A DNA stretch of 34,686 bases from a virus (lineage: Duplodnaviria > Caudoviricetes), in the IMG/VR virus record IMGVR_UViG_3300005512_000149, positions 1 through 34,686 of that record. One strand, 5' to 3'. The position numbers were made by a program, and so were the translations under genes. Below are positions 8,979 to 17,827 of this stretch, piece by piece. Under the pieces are notes generated by a model. The model had not been told where the DNA came from, ran no database searches, and saw nothing but the letters and a program-made list of their open reading frames with translations. Every line of letters begins with the position of its first letter. The stretch's first letter is position 1.

Positions 8979-9294
8979 TGGCCTTGGGCTTTACGGTTCG
9001 TCGCCTGCGCGTAGCAGGTTTCTTGGGCTCAGCTTTTGGCTCAGCCTTAGGCGCAGGTTCGGCAACCACGTCTTCAATAAGCTCGCTGTTACCATCAATA
9101 ACCGTCCTTGAGTTGGTCATAATAACAACCGACCCATCAAGCTTCTTAACCAAAGCTACGGGCCCATCAAAGACAACCGTCTTTTCTACTGCGTAGGCAT
9201 CACCTGCCGAATACAATACAACCTTACTCGTCGTATTCAAGTGGATCTTCTTCGATCTCACGGGGTCTAGTCTTTTTGTCATAGGATAGCGCAT
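8971..9294 (-). CDS. Hypothetical protein with PKAE repeats and basic C-terminus
   Basis: 107-aa ORF whose stop overlaps the start region of the next gene; start uncertain. Confidence 0.6.
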   Translation of the reverse strand: MRYPMTKRLDPVRSKKIHLNTTSKVVLYSAGDAYAVEKTVVFDGPVALVKKLDGSVVIMTNSRTVIDGNSELIEDVVAEPAPKAEPKAEPKKPATRRRRTVKPKANE

Positions 9295-10105
9295 CGCGCC
9301 GTTTAGGTTCTATCTCGTACTCAGCATCATCCCCTTCATCAAGTAGGTGATCCCAAGTAATCTGCGCCTCAACTTGTGTGGTAGTCTTGTCAGGCTTCAT
9401 GTCCAGCATATCCATAAACCTTCCATTAGCCTTCTCAGCTACCGATAACTGACCAGCATCCATAGCATCATGTATGATCTTCTGATGGGTCTTAATCACA
9501 GTATCAACCGTAAGCCCATTCTCAGACATAATCCTAGCCAGCTCTTCCTTTACCATACTCTTGGTCTTCTCTTGTTTCAGTAATCTCTTAACGCTGGCTG
9601 CTGGTATCTTTTGATCGGGTCTATACAACCTACCAAGCATATCATACTGCTCGGCAGACAGTACTCCCCCCGATTCCATCAACAACCTAGCATATGTTTC
9701 TACGACCCTTTTGGCCCTAGACATCTTAAGTTCTTGATCTATCCAAGTCTTATTCGGTGACGAACTATTATAGTTTCCCGTGTCCAGAAATTCCCTTGCC
9801 AAAAGCTTGCCAGCCTTACTCCTACGTACCCATTTCCTACAATAAGGAAGCACCAGACACCATTCTTTACCCGTCTTGGTATCGTAAGGCCCGTTTATTC
9901 TTATGACCTCAGCTACATAACCATCATCAGATATAACCCAGTCACCAACGGTAACGCTTACGTCCCTCCAATGCTTATATCCACTCTTATGATCCCCTTG
10001 CTTACTGTCTTCTCTTACAGTAAGAAACTCCTCCTCCGTATAAACTACGAACTCCTTGGTACCACTCCTTAGCTTACGCTTTACTAACTCTGGCATATAA
10101 TCCAT
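9224..10105 (-). CDS. Putative terminase small subunit
   Basis: First gene of the late operon. The helical C-terminal half (SVKRLLKQEK...VKEELARIM.ENGLTVDTVI...MDMLDM) is typical of TerS. ATG at 10105 preferred over TTG at 10159. Confidence 0.55.
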   Translation of the reverse strand: MDYMPELVKRKLRSGTKEFVVYTEEEFLTVREDSKQGDHKSGYKHWRDVSVTVGDWVISDDGYVAEVIRINGPYDTKTGKEWCLVLPYCRKWVRRSKAGKLLAREFLDTGNYNSSSPNKTWIDQELKMSRAKRVVETYARLLMESGGVLSAEQYDMLGRLYRPDQKIPAASVKRLLKQEKTKSMVKEELARIMSENGLTVDTVIKTHQKIIHDAMDAGQLSVAEKANGRFMDMLDMKPDKTTTQVEAQITWDHLLDEGDDAEYEIEPKRRDALSYDKKTRPREIEEDPLEYDE

Positions 10106-10485
10106 TTGCCTGTGATTCAGCCAATATAGGCTAAATACAGCTTCGCTTTTTAGCTGCAAGGGTAACGCAAGAACACGTTACATCTCCTATGGTCAGATTT
10201 ACCTCCATCTGAAGGGGAATTGCGCCGCTTTTTGGTCAGCGAAAGCCCCTTTTAAGCGCTCTCGTCTAGGCTATTACCCCTAGATTGACACAGACGCACC
10301 CAAAGCAGCCCCTTGATAATGATTACTCAACTATTAGGCGACCCATTTATTTGGGAGACGGCACAATATACGCTGTCGGAAGGCGCTGGTTTCGATGTTT
10401 CGCTCTCTTTTATCACCATAAGCTAGGTGCCCACCCCTTCAAAATTGAAGGACACTGGGAGTTGGAGATATAACAGTTCCTTTCT

Positions 10486-10622
10486 CGCTTGGGCAGGGTG
10501 TACGGGGGTCGATTTGGTTGAAATTGCCTACCGTTAAGTCGTTGCTAACGTTGGACTTAGTGCCACACTTAGAACGTACACCCATTGCCCAGCGCTCGAA
10601 AGTTCTCCTCTCTCGCTTGGGC
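10486..10622 (+). ncRNA. Candidate structured leader RNA of the early operon
   Basis: 10486-10504 (CGCTTGGGCAGGGTGTACG) pairs with 10575-10594 (CGTACACCCATTGCCCAGCG) and encloses two hairpins. TCTCGCTTGGGC is repeated at 10483 and 10611. Confidence 0.4.
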
Positions 10623-10670
10623 TCGTAACTTCGCGCGCCCGTCACAATCATTAAACCTTACACAACTGCA

Positions 10671-10991
10671 ATGGCAAACTCAGACAGATTACCTTTCCGT
10701 GTCGTATTTCGCGACGAAGTTCTTGCCCAGCTCCAAGCACGCATCGACAAAGGCGTGTATAAGGGAATGGGCGAAGCGCAGCTTGCGCTCACGACTTGGG
10801 CCCGAGAGAAAGGGCACATCCCGCCACGCACGTACACTGGTCATAGCGAGAACACCGTAGGTGAACTTCGCATTGGCCGCAAGTACGTGAAGACGGGTTG
10901 GAGAACGAAGGCAGACACAGTTGTGTTTGCGCTTGTGCCCAAGAAGAAGACCGTCGCTAAGAAGAAAGTCGCGGCAAAGAAGGACGCTTAA
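10671..10991 (+). CDS. First early gene, basic protein with histone-like KKVAAKK tail
   Basis: 106 aa, A/C-rich leader, followed by a terminator. Confidence 0.75.
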   Translation: MANSDRLPFRVVFRDEVLAQLQARIDKGVYKGMGEAQLALTTWAREKGHIPPRTYTGHSENTVGELRIGRKYVKTGWRTKADTVVFALVPKKKTVAKKKVAAKKDA

Positions 10992-10998
10992 GCGTCCG

Positions 10999-11027
10999 TG
11001 GCAAGGGCTTCGGCCCTTGCCATTTTT
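10999..11027 (+). terminator. Intrinsic terminator
   Basis: TGGCAAGGGC-TTCG-GCCCTTGCCA-TTTTT. Confidence 0.85.
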
Positions 11028-11064
11028 GCTGAGACCTACAACAACCGCAAACAACATACTTGAA

Positions 11065-11340
11065 ATGAAAACAGAACAGACTTTTCCAACCGAAATCAAT
11101 TCACACGAAAGAAACCTCGATCATATAATTATAGCTGCTCAAGACCTTAGATCCAGCTTGAGACAGTATTGGGATATAGAAGGGGAATTAGGTAGCTTGA
11201 TGCTTACTATGAAAGAGGATAACATAAGGGACATAAGAGTCGATGTCCTGAAATGGTATCGAGCATTGGCTTTGAATAACATTGCTCAAATGGAAGACGA
11301 AGTAGCTGAACTCAAGAAGCGATTTGAGGCATGGCTATGA
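11065..11340 (+). CDS. Hypothetical helical protein
   Basis: ATG at 11065 (MKTEQTF) after the terminator and ACAAC leader. The longer ORF call crosses the terminator. Confidence 0.65.
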   Translation: MKTEQTFPTEINSHERNLDHIIIAAQDLRSSLRQYWDIEGELGSLMLTMKEDNIRDIRVDVLKWYRALALNNIAQMEDEVAELKKRFEAWL

Positions 11341-11504
11341 ACGAGCTTAAGCTATTCAAGCTACTCTTGCTAGTAGCTAACGCAGTCTTCTGCGTAATCA
11401 GTTTTATCATGGCTATAACAAACGCGAACGCTTTTGTTATTCTGCTTATGGTAACTACCTACGCTAACACAGCAGTGATTGCCACAAGCAAGCATTACTT
11501 GTAG
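11337..11504 (+). CDS. Small membrane protein (55 aa, two hydrophobic segments; not in ORF track)
   Basis: ATGA overlap with the upstream stop; MNELKLFKLLLLVANAVFCVISFIMAITNANAFVILLMVTTYANTAVIATSKHYL. Confidence 0.6.
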   Translation: MNELKLFKLLLLVANAVFCVISFIMAITNANAFVILLMVTTYANTAVIATSKHYL

Positions 11505-11509
11505 CGTTT

Positions 11510-11550
11510 AGCCCGTAGCGTCGTGCCTGTTCGGCGCTACGGGTTTTCTT
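11510..11550 (+). terminator. RNA hairpin/terminator
   Basis: AGCCCGTAGCGTCG pairs with CGGCGCTACGGGTT (G-U pairs), followed by TTCTT. Confidence 0.7.
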
Positions 11551-11577
11551 ACGACAGGCAACAAAAACCCAAACAAA

Positions 11578-12012
11578 ATGAGCAATCTAACTTTGCTTGA
11601 GAAGTACATTAACCGCAACGAGATCACCATCCGTATGCGATTGGACGACGGCAAATACAAGGTCGTGAGCAAGCCCGCAGAAATGCGTGACGTGATCGAC
11701 CAGGGTAAGGGCCGTGGTAGCCACGTCATTGTGCAGGCAGAGCTTGTTGAGCGTATGGCCGACAAGCTCTTTGACTATTGTGCAAACGAAGACGAGCTTG
11801 CCGACAAGATCAATACGATCATTGTCGCTTGGTTCAAAGAGCACGGTATCACGTTGCTCAAGCGACCGATTGAGCTTGTTGGCCGTAACGCTGACGGTAG
11901 CCTCAGTGGTGAACCCACGGGCGCATTGAGCTACTTGTTCTTGCATCCAATGCCGAAAGTAGACGATCAAGAAGAGCTTGCTGATTTCACAGCGACGCTT
12001 GGCGTTGAGTAA
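11578..12012 (+). CDS. Hypothetical early protein
   Basis: 144 aa, A-rich leader, flanked by hairpins. Confidence 0.75.
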   Translation: MSNLTLLEKYINRNEITIRMRLDDGKYKVVSKPAEMRDVIDQGKGRGSHVIVQAELVERMADKLFDYCANEDELADKINTIIVAWFKEHGITLLKRPIELVGRNADGSLSGEPTGALSYLFLHPMPKVDDQEELADFTATLGVE

Positions 12013-12017
12013 GTAAT

Positions 12018-12065
12018 GGTGTAGCACGGTGCATAGTCCATGACTATGTGCCGTGCTATGCTTTT
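12018..12065 (+). terminator. Long RNA hairpin (terminator or processing site)
   Basis: GTAGCACGGTGCATAGTC-CAT-GACTATGTGCCGTGCTAT, an 18-bp or longer stem with G-U pairs, followed by a short T run. Confidence 0.7.
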
Positions 12066-12091
12066 CGGAGCACGAACAACAACCCGCGACT

Positions 12092-12283
12092 ATGCTTGAA
12101 GAATTTAGGATTCTTGTTAAGTACAAGAACGAATGGATACCTTTTGCTTCTGGCGTAAGAGACGTAGAGTTACGTGCTTACGTTGAACAAGCAAGAGCCC
12201 AATACGATTCTATCAAAGTGCAGCGCAATGGCAAAGATGTGTTTACAGCTGAAAAGCAGTTGACAAAAACTGTGCTTCCATAG
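12092..12283 (+). CDS. Hypothetical early protein
   Basis: ATG at 12092 (MLEEFRI) after the hairpin and ACAACAAC leader. Confidence 0.6.
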   Translation: MLEEFRILVKYKNEWIPFASGVRDVELRAYVEQARAQYDSIKVQRNGKDVFTAEKQLTKTVLP

Positions 12284-12294
12284 TGAGCACAACA

Positions 12295-12343
12295 CCATAG
12301 TAAGTCTGCGTTTGATGGATGCGCAGGCTTGCTATGGCTTTTT
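12295..12343 (+). terminator. Long RNA hairpin/terminator
   Basis: CCATAGTAAGTCTGCG pairs with CGCAGGCTTGCTATGG (16 bp, G-U pairs), followed by CTTTTT. Confidence 0.7.
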
Positions 12344-12364
12344 CAACACTGAACAACAATCCCC

Positions 12365-12565
12365 GTGAATGACAAAGAACTCTACGAGTTTATCACATCG
12401 GAGCTTCGTTCCTATTGTGATCGAAATGGAATTCTGTTTCACAGATTCATGGCTACAAAGCTAACTGACTTGCTCCAAGAGCTGGAAGCAGAAGAAGAGT
12501 ACGAGGCTTACGAAGAAGCTAAGCACATTATGAACAACCAAAAGGAAGAGGTATATGCGAGGTAA
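12365..12565 (+). CDS. Hypothetical acidic protein
   Basis: 66 aa, GTG start, overlaps the start of the ATPase gene. Confidence 0.6.
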   Translation: MNDKELYEFITSELRSYCDRNGILFHRFMATKLTDLLQELEAEEEYEAYEEAKHIMNNQKEEVYAR

Positions 12566-13394
12566 GACACCAAAGGCTAATGAACTTGGTCGATTAAAGA
12601 TGTTCTTGTATGGCGACTCTGGCGCAGGCAAGACCACAGCAGCTATACAGATGCCAAAGCCCTACGTCATTGACGCAGAGCGCGGCTCAGTACATTACAA
12701 CAGTATCATTGCCGAGCGTGGTGGTGCTGTGTATCATACCAACAGTATTGATGATGCTATCGAAGAAGTACGTAGTGTGCTTCAGACAAGGCATTCATTC
12801 AAGACGTTGGTGATCGACCCGATTACTATCCTCGAGTCAGAGCTTATGGCTCAGCTTGATGAAAAGTATTCGGGCGATATGCGTATGTGGCGTGACCGTG
12901 ACAAGGTACTCAAGCGTTTGTATAATCTACTTGTACAGCTTGATATGAATGTCGTAGTCACGGCACACGGTAAGCCAGAGTATGGCCCAGGTATGTCTAA
13001 GCTAGGCACTACCTTCGATGGCTGGCGTAGACTACCTTATATGTTCGATCTTGTTGTACAGATCGACCGTGAACGGAGTGGCAAGCGTCGTGCATCGGTA
13101 GTTAAGTCACGCTTTCCAAACCATATGCCAGACGGTGATACCTTCGAGTGGTCTTATGACGTATTGAAGGATCGGTTTGGCCAATCAATGCTTGAGCGTG
13201 ACGCTACGTCTACGCTTCTTGCGACAGCAGAGCAAGTCTCTATATTCAGAGGCTTGCTTGACGAACTAACTGAGAGTACCAAGAAAAAGCTTGGTATACA
13301 GAGGGTCGTTTCTGAGTATCATTCACTTGAAGATATGCCATCTGAGCGTATCCAAAAGGGTATTGATCTCATCAACGGCCATCTATCTAAGTAG
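12555..13394 (+). CDS. Sak4-like/AAA_24 ATPase (single-strand annealing recombinase)
   Basis: LYGDSGAGKTT, IDAERG, TLVIDPIT, NVVVTAH, LPYMFDLV and KSR motifs; GAGGT RBS. Confidence 0.85.
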   Translation: MRGKTPKANELGRLKMFLYGDSGAGKTTAAIQMPKPYVIDAERGSVHYNSIIAERGGAVYHTNSIDDAIEEVRSVLQTRHSFKTLVIDPITILESELMAQLDEKYSGDMRMWRDRDKVLKRLYNLLVQLDMNVVVTAHGKPEYGPGMSKLGTTFDGWRRLPYMFDLVVQIDRERSGKRRASVVKSRFPNHMPDGDTFEWSYDVLKDRFGQSMLERDATSTLLATAEQVSIFRGLLDELTESTKKKLGIQRVVSEYHSLEDMPSERIQKGIDLINGHLSK

Positions 13395-13428
13395 TTCTTT
13401 TTTCTAAAACCCAAAACATAGGTACCTT

Positions 13429-14082
13429 ATGTCTTTCTTTACCAATGGTAAGTCTTCTTCACCCGTGACCAGCAAGTTCAACACAGAACGGCCTGGTGTT
13501 TATGGTAACATAGGCGAGATCCAAGCTGTCGAATACCAGTTCAGCGAAGCAGACACACTTATGCCAGACATACGTGTAAAGCTTACGGTATTCGTAGACG
13601 GTCTTCAGTATCCTAAGATCATCGAGATCGCTTCTTGGTTCTCCAAGGACAACGGTGAGCTTTCTGGCCCAGGCAGTACGTTCAAGATCAATCGTCTCTT
13701 TGAAGGCGTTGGCGTGAACCTCAAGGCTGAGGCAGAAGGAAAGGAAATCGTGACTATCGAAGACTATGTAGACTTCTATAGTTCAATGACAAACCGACTG
13801 CTTGATCAGAAGGTCGTATGGATCTCTTACGTTAACCGTGAGTGGGAAGGTAAGCTTAAGTATGCTGCGCATTCGTTTGTGGGCACGCTTCCTTCTGACG
13901 CTACGGAAGACCAAGAGTCTAGCGCTTTCTCTGCTGTGCTTGCTGACTTCAACAGCTCGTACGAGCAAGGTCGCTTGCAAGGACGTAACGCGTATCGTCC
14001 AGACCTACTCACAAGCAATGGTGATGGCGCATCTGTTGAGGCGCAGCCTTCTAGTGAAGTTCCAGACGATATGCCCTTCTAG
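13429..14082 (+). CDS. Putative single-stranded DNA-binding protein
   Basis: Follows the Sak4-like gene; acidic tail ending DDMPF. Confidence 0.7.
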   Translation: MSFFTNGKSSSPVTSKFNTERPGVYGNIGEIQAVEYQFSEADTLMPDIRVKLTVFVDGLQYPKIIEIASWFSKDNGELSGPGSTFKINRLFEGVGVNLKAEAEGKEIVTIEDYVDFYSSMTNRLLDQKVVWISYVNREWEGKLKYAAHSFVGTLPSDATEDQESSAFSAVLADFNSSYEQGRLQGRNAYRPDLLTSNGDGASVEAQPSSEVPDDMPF

Positions 14083-14113
14083 GTAAGCAGAGGGACTGCT
14101 GTTTGCCTATCAC

Positions 14114-14152
14114 AGGGACGGGGGGTGGCGGTTGCCCTCCGTCCCTTTTTTT
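14114..14152 (+). terminator. Intrinsic terminator
   Basis: AGGGACGGGGG pairs with CCCTCCGTCCCT, followed by a T run. Confidence 0.8.
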
Positions 14153-14177
14153 ATACGACAACAACAACGAGGTTATT

Positions 14178-15011
14178 ATGGTAAGTATTTACGGAAAGCA
14201 AATTGAACTAGACAAGGCACTTGATGATCTAGTAGACATCGAAGACCTTGAAGTCTATCGAAGCATACGCGAAGAAGGCGAGAGAACACGCCGTGGGTAC
14301 AGTATGTACACGCACTCAGAGGTTCTTCGTGATATGGTAGGTATGTCTGAGTATCACCTTAAGCAACAAGGCTACAACCTTGTAGACGCAAGAGTAGAGT
14401 TTGATGACGGCAAGTATTATGCGCCTAACTCTGTACACTACAAGGATGCGCCAGCGTCAAGGATGTTTGCTAAGCTGTACTTTGAACACCCAAGCCATCC
14501 AACTTTCGACAACAGAATGATTGTAGGATTTCGCAACAGTATGGACAAGTCTATGTCCTTCGGTATTGCTATTGGGGCAGAGGTGTTGGTATGTTCCAAC
14601 CTCTGCATTTCTGGTTCTGGAGTCACCTTACTGAAGAAGCACGTTGGAGAGATACGAGAGAAGGTTATTGTTCTTGCCACCAAGCACTTGCCAGTTGCGT
14701 CTAGCGAGTATACGAAGATTCGTAACCTTCTATCTAAACTGAAGGAGACGGACATCACGAATGACGACGCTTACAGTATGCTTGGCCGTATGTATGGCAA
14801 CAAAGTCATACGTGCGAACGAGTTCACCAACTCGGTGAGAACGTTCAATCGTCCTACGCACAGTGAGTATGGTGAGGGCACGCTTAATACCTTGTATCAA
14901 GCTGTGACCGAGTCTTGTGGCGAACAGCCTATTCAGAAGCGTCTGCATACTATGAGCAAGGTCACGGACTTTGTTCGTAACGAAGCTTACACCAAGTATA
15001 TGCTGAATTAG
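14178..15011 (+). CDS. DUF932 family protein
   Basis: GFRNSMDKSMSFGIAIGAEVLVCSNL...KKHVG and TLNTLYQAVTE. ATG at 14178 with GAGGT RBS. Confidence 0.8.
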   Translation: MVSIYGKQIELDKALDDLVDIEDLEVYRSIREEGERTRRGYSMYTHSEVLRDMVGMSEYHLKQQGYNLVDARVEFDDGKYYAPNSVHYKDAPASRMFAKLYFEHPSHPTFDNRMIVGFRNSMDKSMSFGIAIGAEVLVCSNLCISGSGVTLLKKHVGEIREKVIVLATKHLPVASSEYTKIRNLLSKLKETDITNDDAYSMLGRMYGNKVIRANEFTNSVRTFNRPTHSEYGEGTLNTLYQAVTESCGEQPIQKRLHTMSKVTDFVRNEAYTKYMLN

Positions 15012-15013
15012 TC

Positions 15014-15310
15014 ATGCAACTAATCGAGATCGTAAAGAAAGCACTGGAAGAGGACGAGCGTTATCGTGATGATGACATCAATCTGTACTTCCGTGTGCTG
15101 AGTGATCACGGTTTCTCCAAGGACACGACCATCTATGAACTGCTATCTGCACAGAAAGCTGGTCGTGTTCCTTCGGAAGAAACCGTAAGAAGAACGCGTC
15201 GCCAACTACAGGAACACAACCCTAACCTGCGTGGCAAGACGTATGTTTTGAGACAAAGACGGGGCACAAAACACAGGGAAATGTATCGTGAATCCAAAGG
15301 CAGGACATAA
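15014..15310 (+). CDS. Conserved phage hypothetical protein
   Basis: RDDD..LY...PSEETVRRTRRQLQEHNPNLRG pattern seen in many phages. Confidence 0.7.
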   Translation: MQLIEIVKKALEEDERYRDDDINLYFRVLSDHGFSKDTTIYELLSAQKAGRVPSEETVRRTRRQLQEHNPNLRGKTYVLRQRRGTKHREMYRESKGRT

Positions 15311-17144
15311 CCTTCACTATGGAGTAGTTATAGACAGTATATGGAACCGTAAGGGTCTTACTGTACCTGTCGGTGGTGAGTACAAAGATTCGTTTCTCTC
15401 TACACTGAATAACGTTGTTGCTTGGCGCAGTCAATACGCTTTCGATCAAGAAGGCGTTGACTTCATTAAGAAGCAAGCTGTCAACAACAAGGGTATTACC
15501 GCTGATTTCAAGGGAAAGGTTTACGTAACCGAACCTATTCTTGATTTCGACGGTGATCCAGAACTCGTTTATGCAGACGTTAATCGTATGATTATGAATC
15601 TGCATAAGTATATGGATGCCGACCTTGAACACATTCGTGTGTATAGGTCTGGACGTAAGGGTGTACACGTGCATTTAGATGGTCGTCTTTTCGGCATCTA
15701 CCCCACAATGCACAGCGCATCTATTCTCAAGGCTACAGTAGAGAAGCTTTTTCCCTACGAAACGTTAGACACAGCACCCCTTGGGATACACAGCCATATA
15801 CGCTTGCCATTCAGTAAGCACGAGAAGTCTGGTCGCATGAAGACGAGCCTCGATCCTTCTGTATTCTTCAAGTCATTTGAAGAGTTTCAGGGGCAGATGG
15901 ATCGTGATCTTTTTCTTGATCCTGTCATGCCTGAGGAAGATCCTGAGCCTGTACTGAAGCAGCACTTAGTAATGGGTGCTACCAACGGTAGATGGCGAAG
16001 TGAACTCAGAGTTGTAGTAGAGCCTACCCGCTACTACACTTGTATGCAGAAGCTGATAAACAAGGAACCAGCACTTGGCAATAGACACGAAGAGCTACTA
16101 CGGCTTGCCTCGTGGCTATGGCGTATCGGTCTTCCGATTGACCACGCAGAGACCGTGCTTGCTGATTGGTTATCAGACACAACTATGGCTGACGAGCTGA
16201 AAAGGATCGTCAAAAGTGCTTACGCTAGGAAGTACGCTTATGGTTGTAAGGACAAGATCATGAAGAAGAACTGCTCGTCTTCGTGTGTTTTCTACCCTAA
16301 AAAGAACAACGTTATGGAGTTTGAATCACCAGAAGATCTTGCTGTACACTTAGGTGTGTACATAGACAAGATCAGAAATGGCAAGTACATTGACCTTGGT
16401 TCAAGGTACGGTGGCGAGTCTTACAAGCTAGTGCCAGGCGAGCTTATGGTAATCACGGCCGACACGGGTATGGGTAAGTCCATGCTTGTGCAAGACATCG
16501 TGATGGCTGAACAGCGCAAGACAGTTTACTTGAATCTAGAGATGCCCAAGCACCTACTCTTTCGCAGGTTCTTACAGACGGCGTATGCGTCTAACAAGGA
16601 CGAGATCGAAGAGATGATTGTGCAGGGAAAGAACATCACAGATAAGGTAAACCATATTGCTATGCACTCGGACTCTATTACGATAGATACGATAGAGCAA
16701 GCTGTTCAGAGTATGCGACCAGAGATCTTGGTTGTTGATACCACCGACGGTATCACGGTTAAGGAAGCTGGTAACAACGAGTTCTTTAAAATGGGTCGCA
16801 TCTTGGAAGGACTGCGTGGCATTGCCCAAAAGCAGAACATCATCGTCATATGTGTTCACCATCTAAACAAGTCTGGCGCTCGTGAGACGCAAGGCATCGT
16901 TAATATGAAAGGTGAGACCGTAAGACGTGAGCTACAGCTTACGGACTTGACGGGTAAGCAAGACATCGTAACCAAGGTAGATCACGTATTAGCGCTTGAA
17001 GGTGATCGTGATCTTGATACGCGTAGACTTAGGTCTATGAAGTCACGTGACAGTAAGCCGCTTGATGTTAGACTTAGGTTTAACTTTGAACGGCAGACAG
17101 TTCACACGCTTGAACAGCAACAAACGGTGTTTATAGATGGGTAG
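15288..17144 (+). CDS. AEP primase(-polymerase) fused to DnaB/SF4-like helicase
   Basis: ILDFDGD, SGRKGVHVH and IRLPFSKHEKSG (AEP motifs); GNRHEELLRLA (PriCT-like); ADTTGMGKS-type Walker A (ITADTGMGKS), YLNLEM, LVVDT, VHHLNK. Confidence 0.88.
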   Translation: MNPKAGHNLHYGVVIDSIWNRKGLTVPVGGEYKDSFLSTLNNVVAWRSQYAFDQEGVDFIKKQAVNNKGITADFKGKVYVTEPILDFDGDPELVYADVNRMIMNLHKYMDADLEHIRVYRSGRKGVHVHLDGRLFGIYPTMHSASILKATVEKLFPYETLDTAPLGIHSHIRLPFSKHEKSGRMKTSLDPSVFFKSFEEFQGQMDRDLFLDPVMPEEDPEPVLKQHLVMGATNGRWRSELRVVVEPTRYYTCMQKLINKEPALGNRHEELLRLASWLWRIGLPIDHAETVLADWLSDTTMADELKRIVKSAYARKYAYGCKDKIMKKNCSSSCVFYPKKNNVMEFESPEDLAVHLGVYIDKIRNGKYIDLGSRYGGESYKLVPGELMVITADTGMGKSMLVQDIVMAEQRKTVYLNLEMPKHLLFRRFLQTAYASNKDEIEEMIVQGKNITDKVNHIAMHSDSITIDTIEQAVQSMRPEILVVDTTDGITVKEAGNNEFFKMGRILEGLRGIAQKQNIIVICVHHLNKSGARETQGIVNMKGETVRRELQLTDLTGKQDIVTKVDHVLALEGDRDLDTRRLRSMKSRDSKPLDVRLRFNFERQTVHTLEQQQTVFIDG

Positions 17145-17454
17145 TATGCAACGGCGTAAGGGCTTTGCTTATGAGCGAGAAGTCGTAGAGGTACTGAAGG
17201 AGGCGGGCTTCAAGGCAGAACGGTGTTGGGGTTCTAACGGTAGGACGAGAGGACTACCTGAGGAAGTAGACATCGTATGCAACATAGGGCCTGACTATGA
17301 CCTATGGTTTCAGTGTAAACGTAAGAAGGCTATATCCAAATATCTGATACCAACAGAAAGGATAGACGCAACTATTATTCGGGAAGACAGAGGTGAAAAC
17401 CTTGCTGTTATCCGATTGAGTGATTTACTAACCCTAATGGACAAGCTCCGTTAG
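17137..17454 (+). CDS. Holliday junction resolvase (archaeal Hjc-like PD-(D/E)XK)
   Basis: RKGFAYEREV...GFKAER...DIV...FQCKRKK. Confidence 0.8.
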   Translation: MGSMQRRKGFAYEREVVEVLKEAGFKAERCWGSNGRTRGLPEEVDIVCNIGPDYDLWFQCKRKKAISKYLIPTERIDATIIREDRGENLAVIRLSDLLTLMDKLR

Positions 17455-17470
17455 ACAAACCCGAGGTGAA

Positions 17471-17827
17471 ATGAAGAACAAAGCATTTGACATATTGAAA
17501 GCTACGGGCCTACGGGAAGCGATTCCCTATGAAAGCTTTGAGCCTACGGGCACTGAAAGGGAGAGGTACAACAATATGCTGAAAGAGATCTTCGATAAGG
17601 AACCCAAGTTTCACAGCTGGGGAGCTGGGCTACATAACGAAGTCTTTGACATAGCTATTGAAAGCTCTGGCCCTACGGGCAGAGGGTTCAAGTCTTACCT
17701 AATCGGTACGGCTAAGGTATCGTTCTACGTCAATCCAGATGGATGGATCACTGTTGAGACCATTGATGTGGATGTAGATGTAGACGATGTGCAATCAACA
17801 ATCGAGGAACTAAACAGGATAGCGTAA
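17471..17827 (+). CDS. Hypothetical protein
   Basis: 118 aa, GAGGTG RBS, TAATG coupling to the next gene. Confidence 0.7.
   Translation: MKNKAFDILKATGLREAIPYESFEPTGTERERYNNMLKEIFDKEPKFHSWGAGLHNEVFDIAIESSGPTGRGFKSYLIGTAKVSFYVNPDGWITVETIDVDVDVDDVQSTIEELNRIA

Noticed and set aside
10285-10320. sigma70 promoter TTGACA...GATAAT
   Set aside because: Spacer is about 24 nt, too long.
10504-10530. tmRNA or tRNA 5' end (GGGGGTCGATTTGG)
   Set aside because: No T-arm GTTCGA or CCA acceptor end found downstream.
10999-12343. N4-type template-strand DNA hairpin promoters
   Set aside because: Stems rely on plus-strand G-U pairs that would be A-C mismatches on the template strand, and the loops are not conserved.
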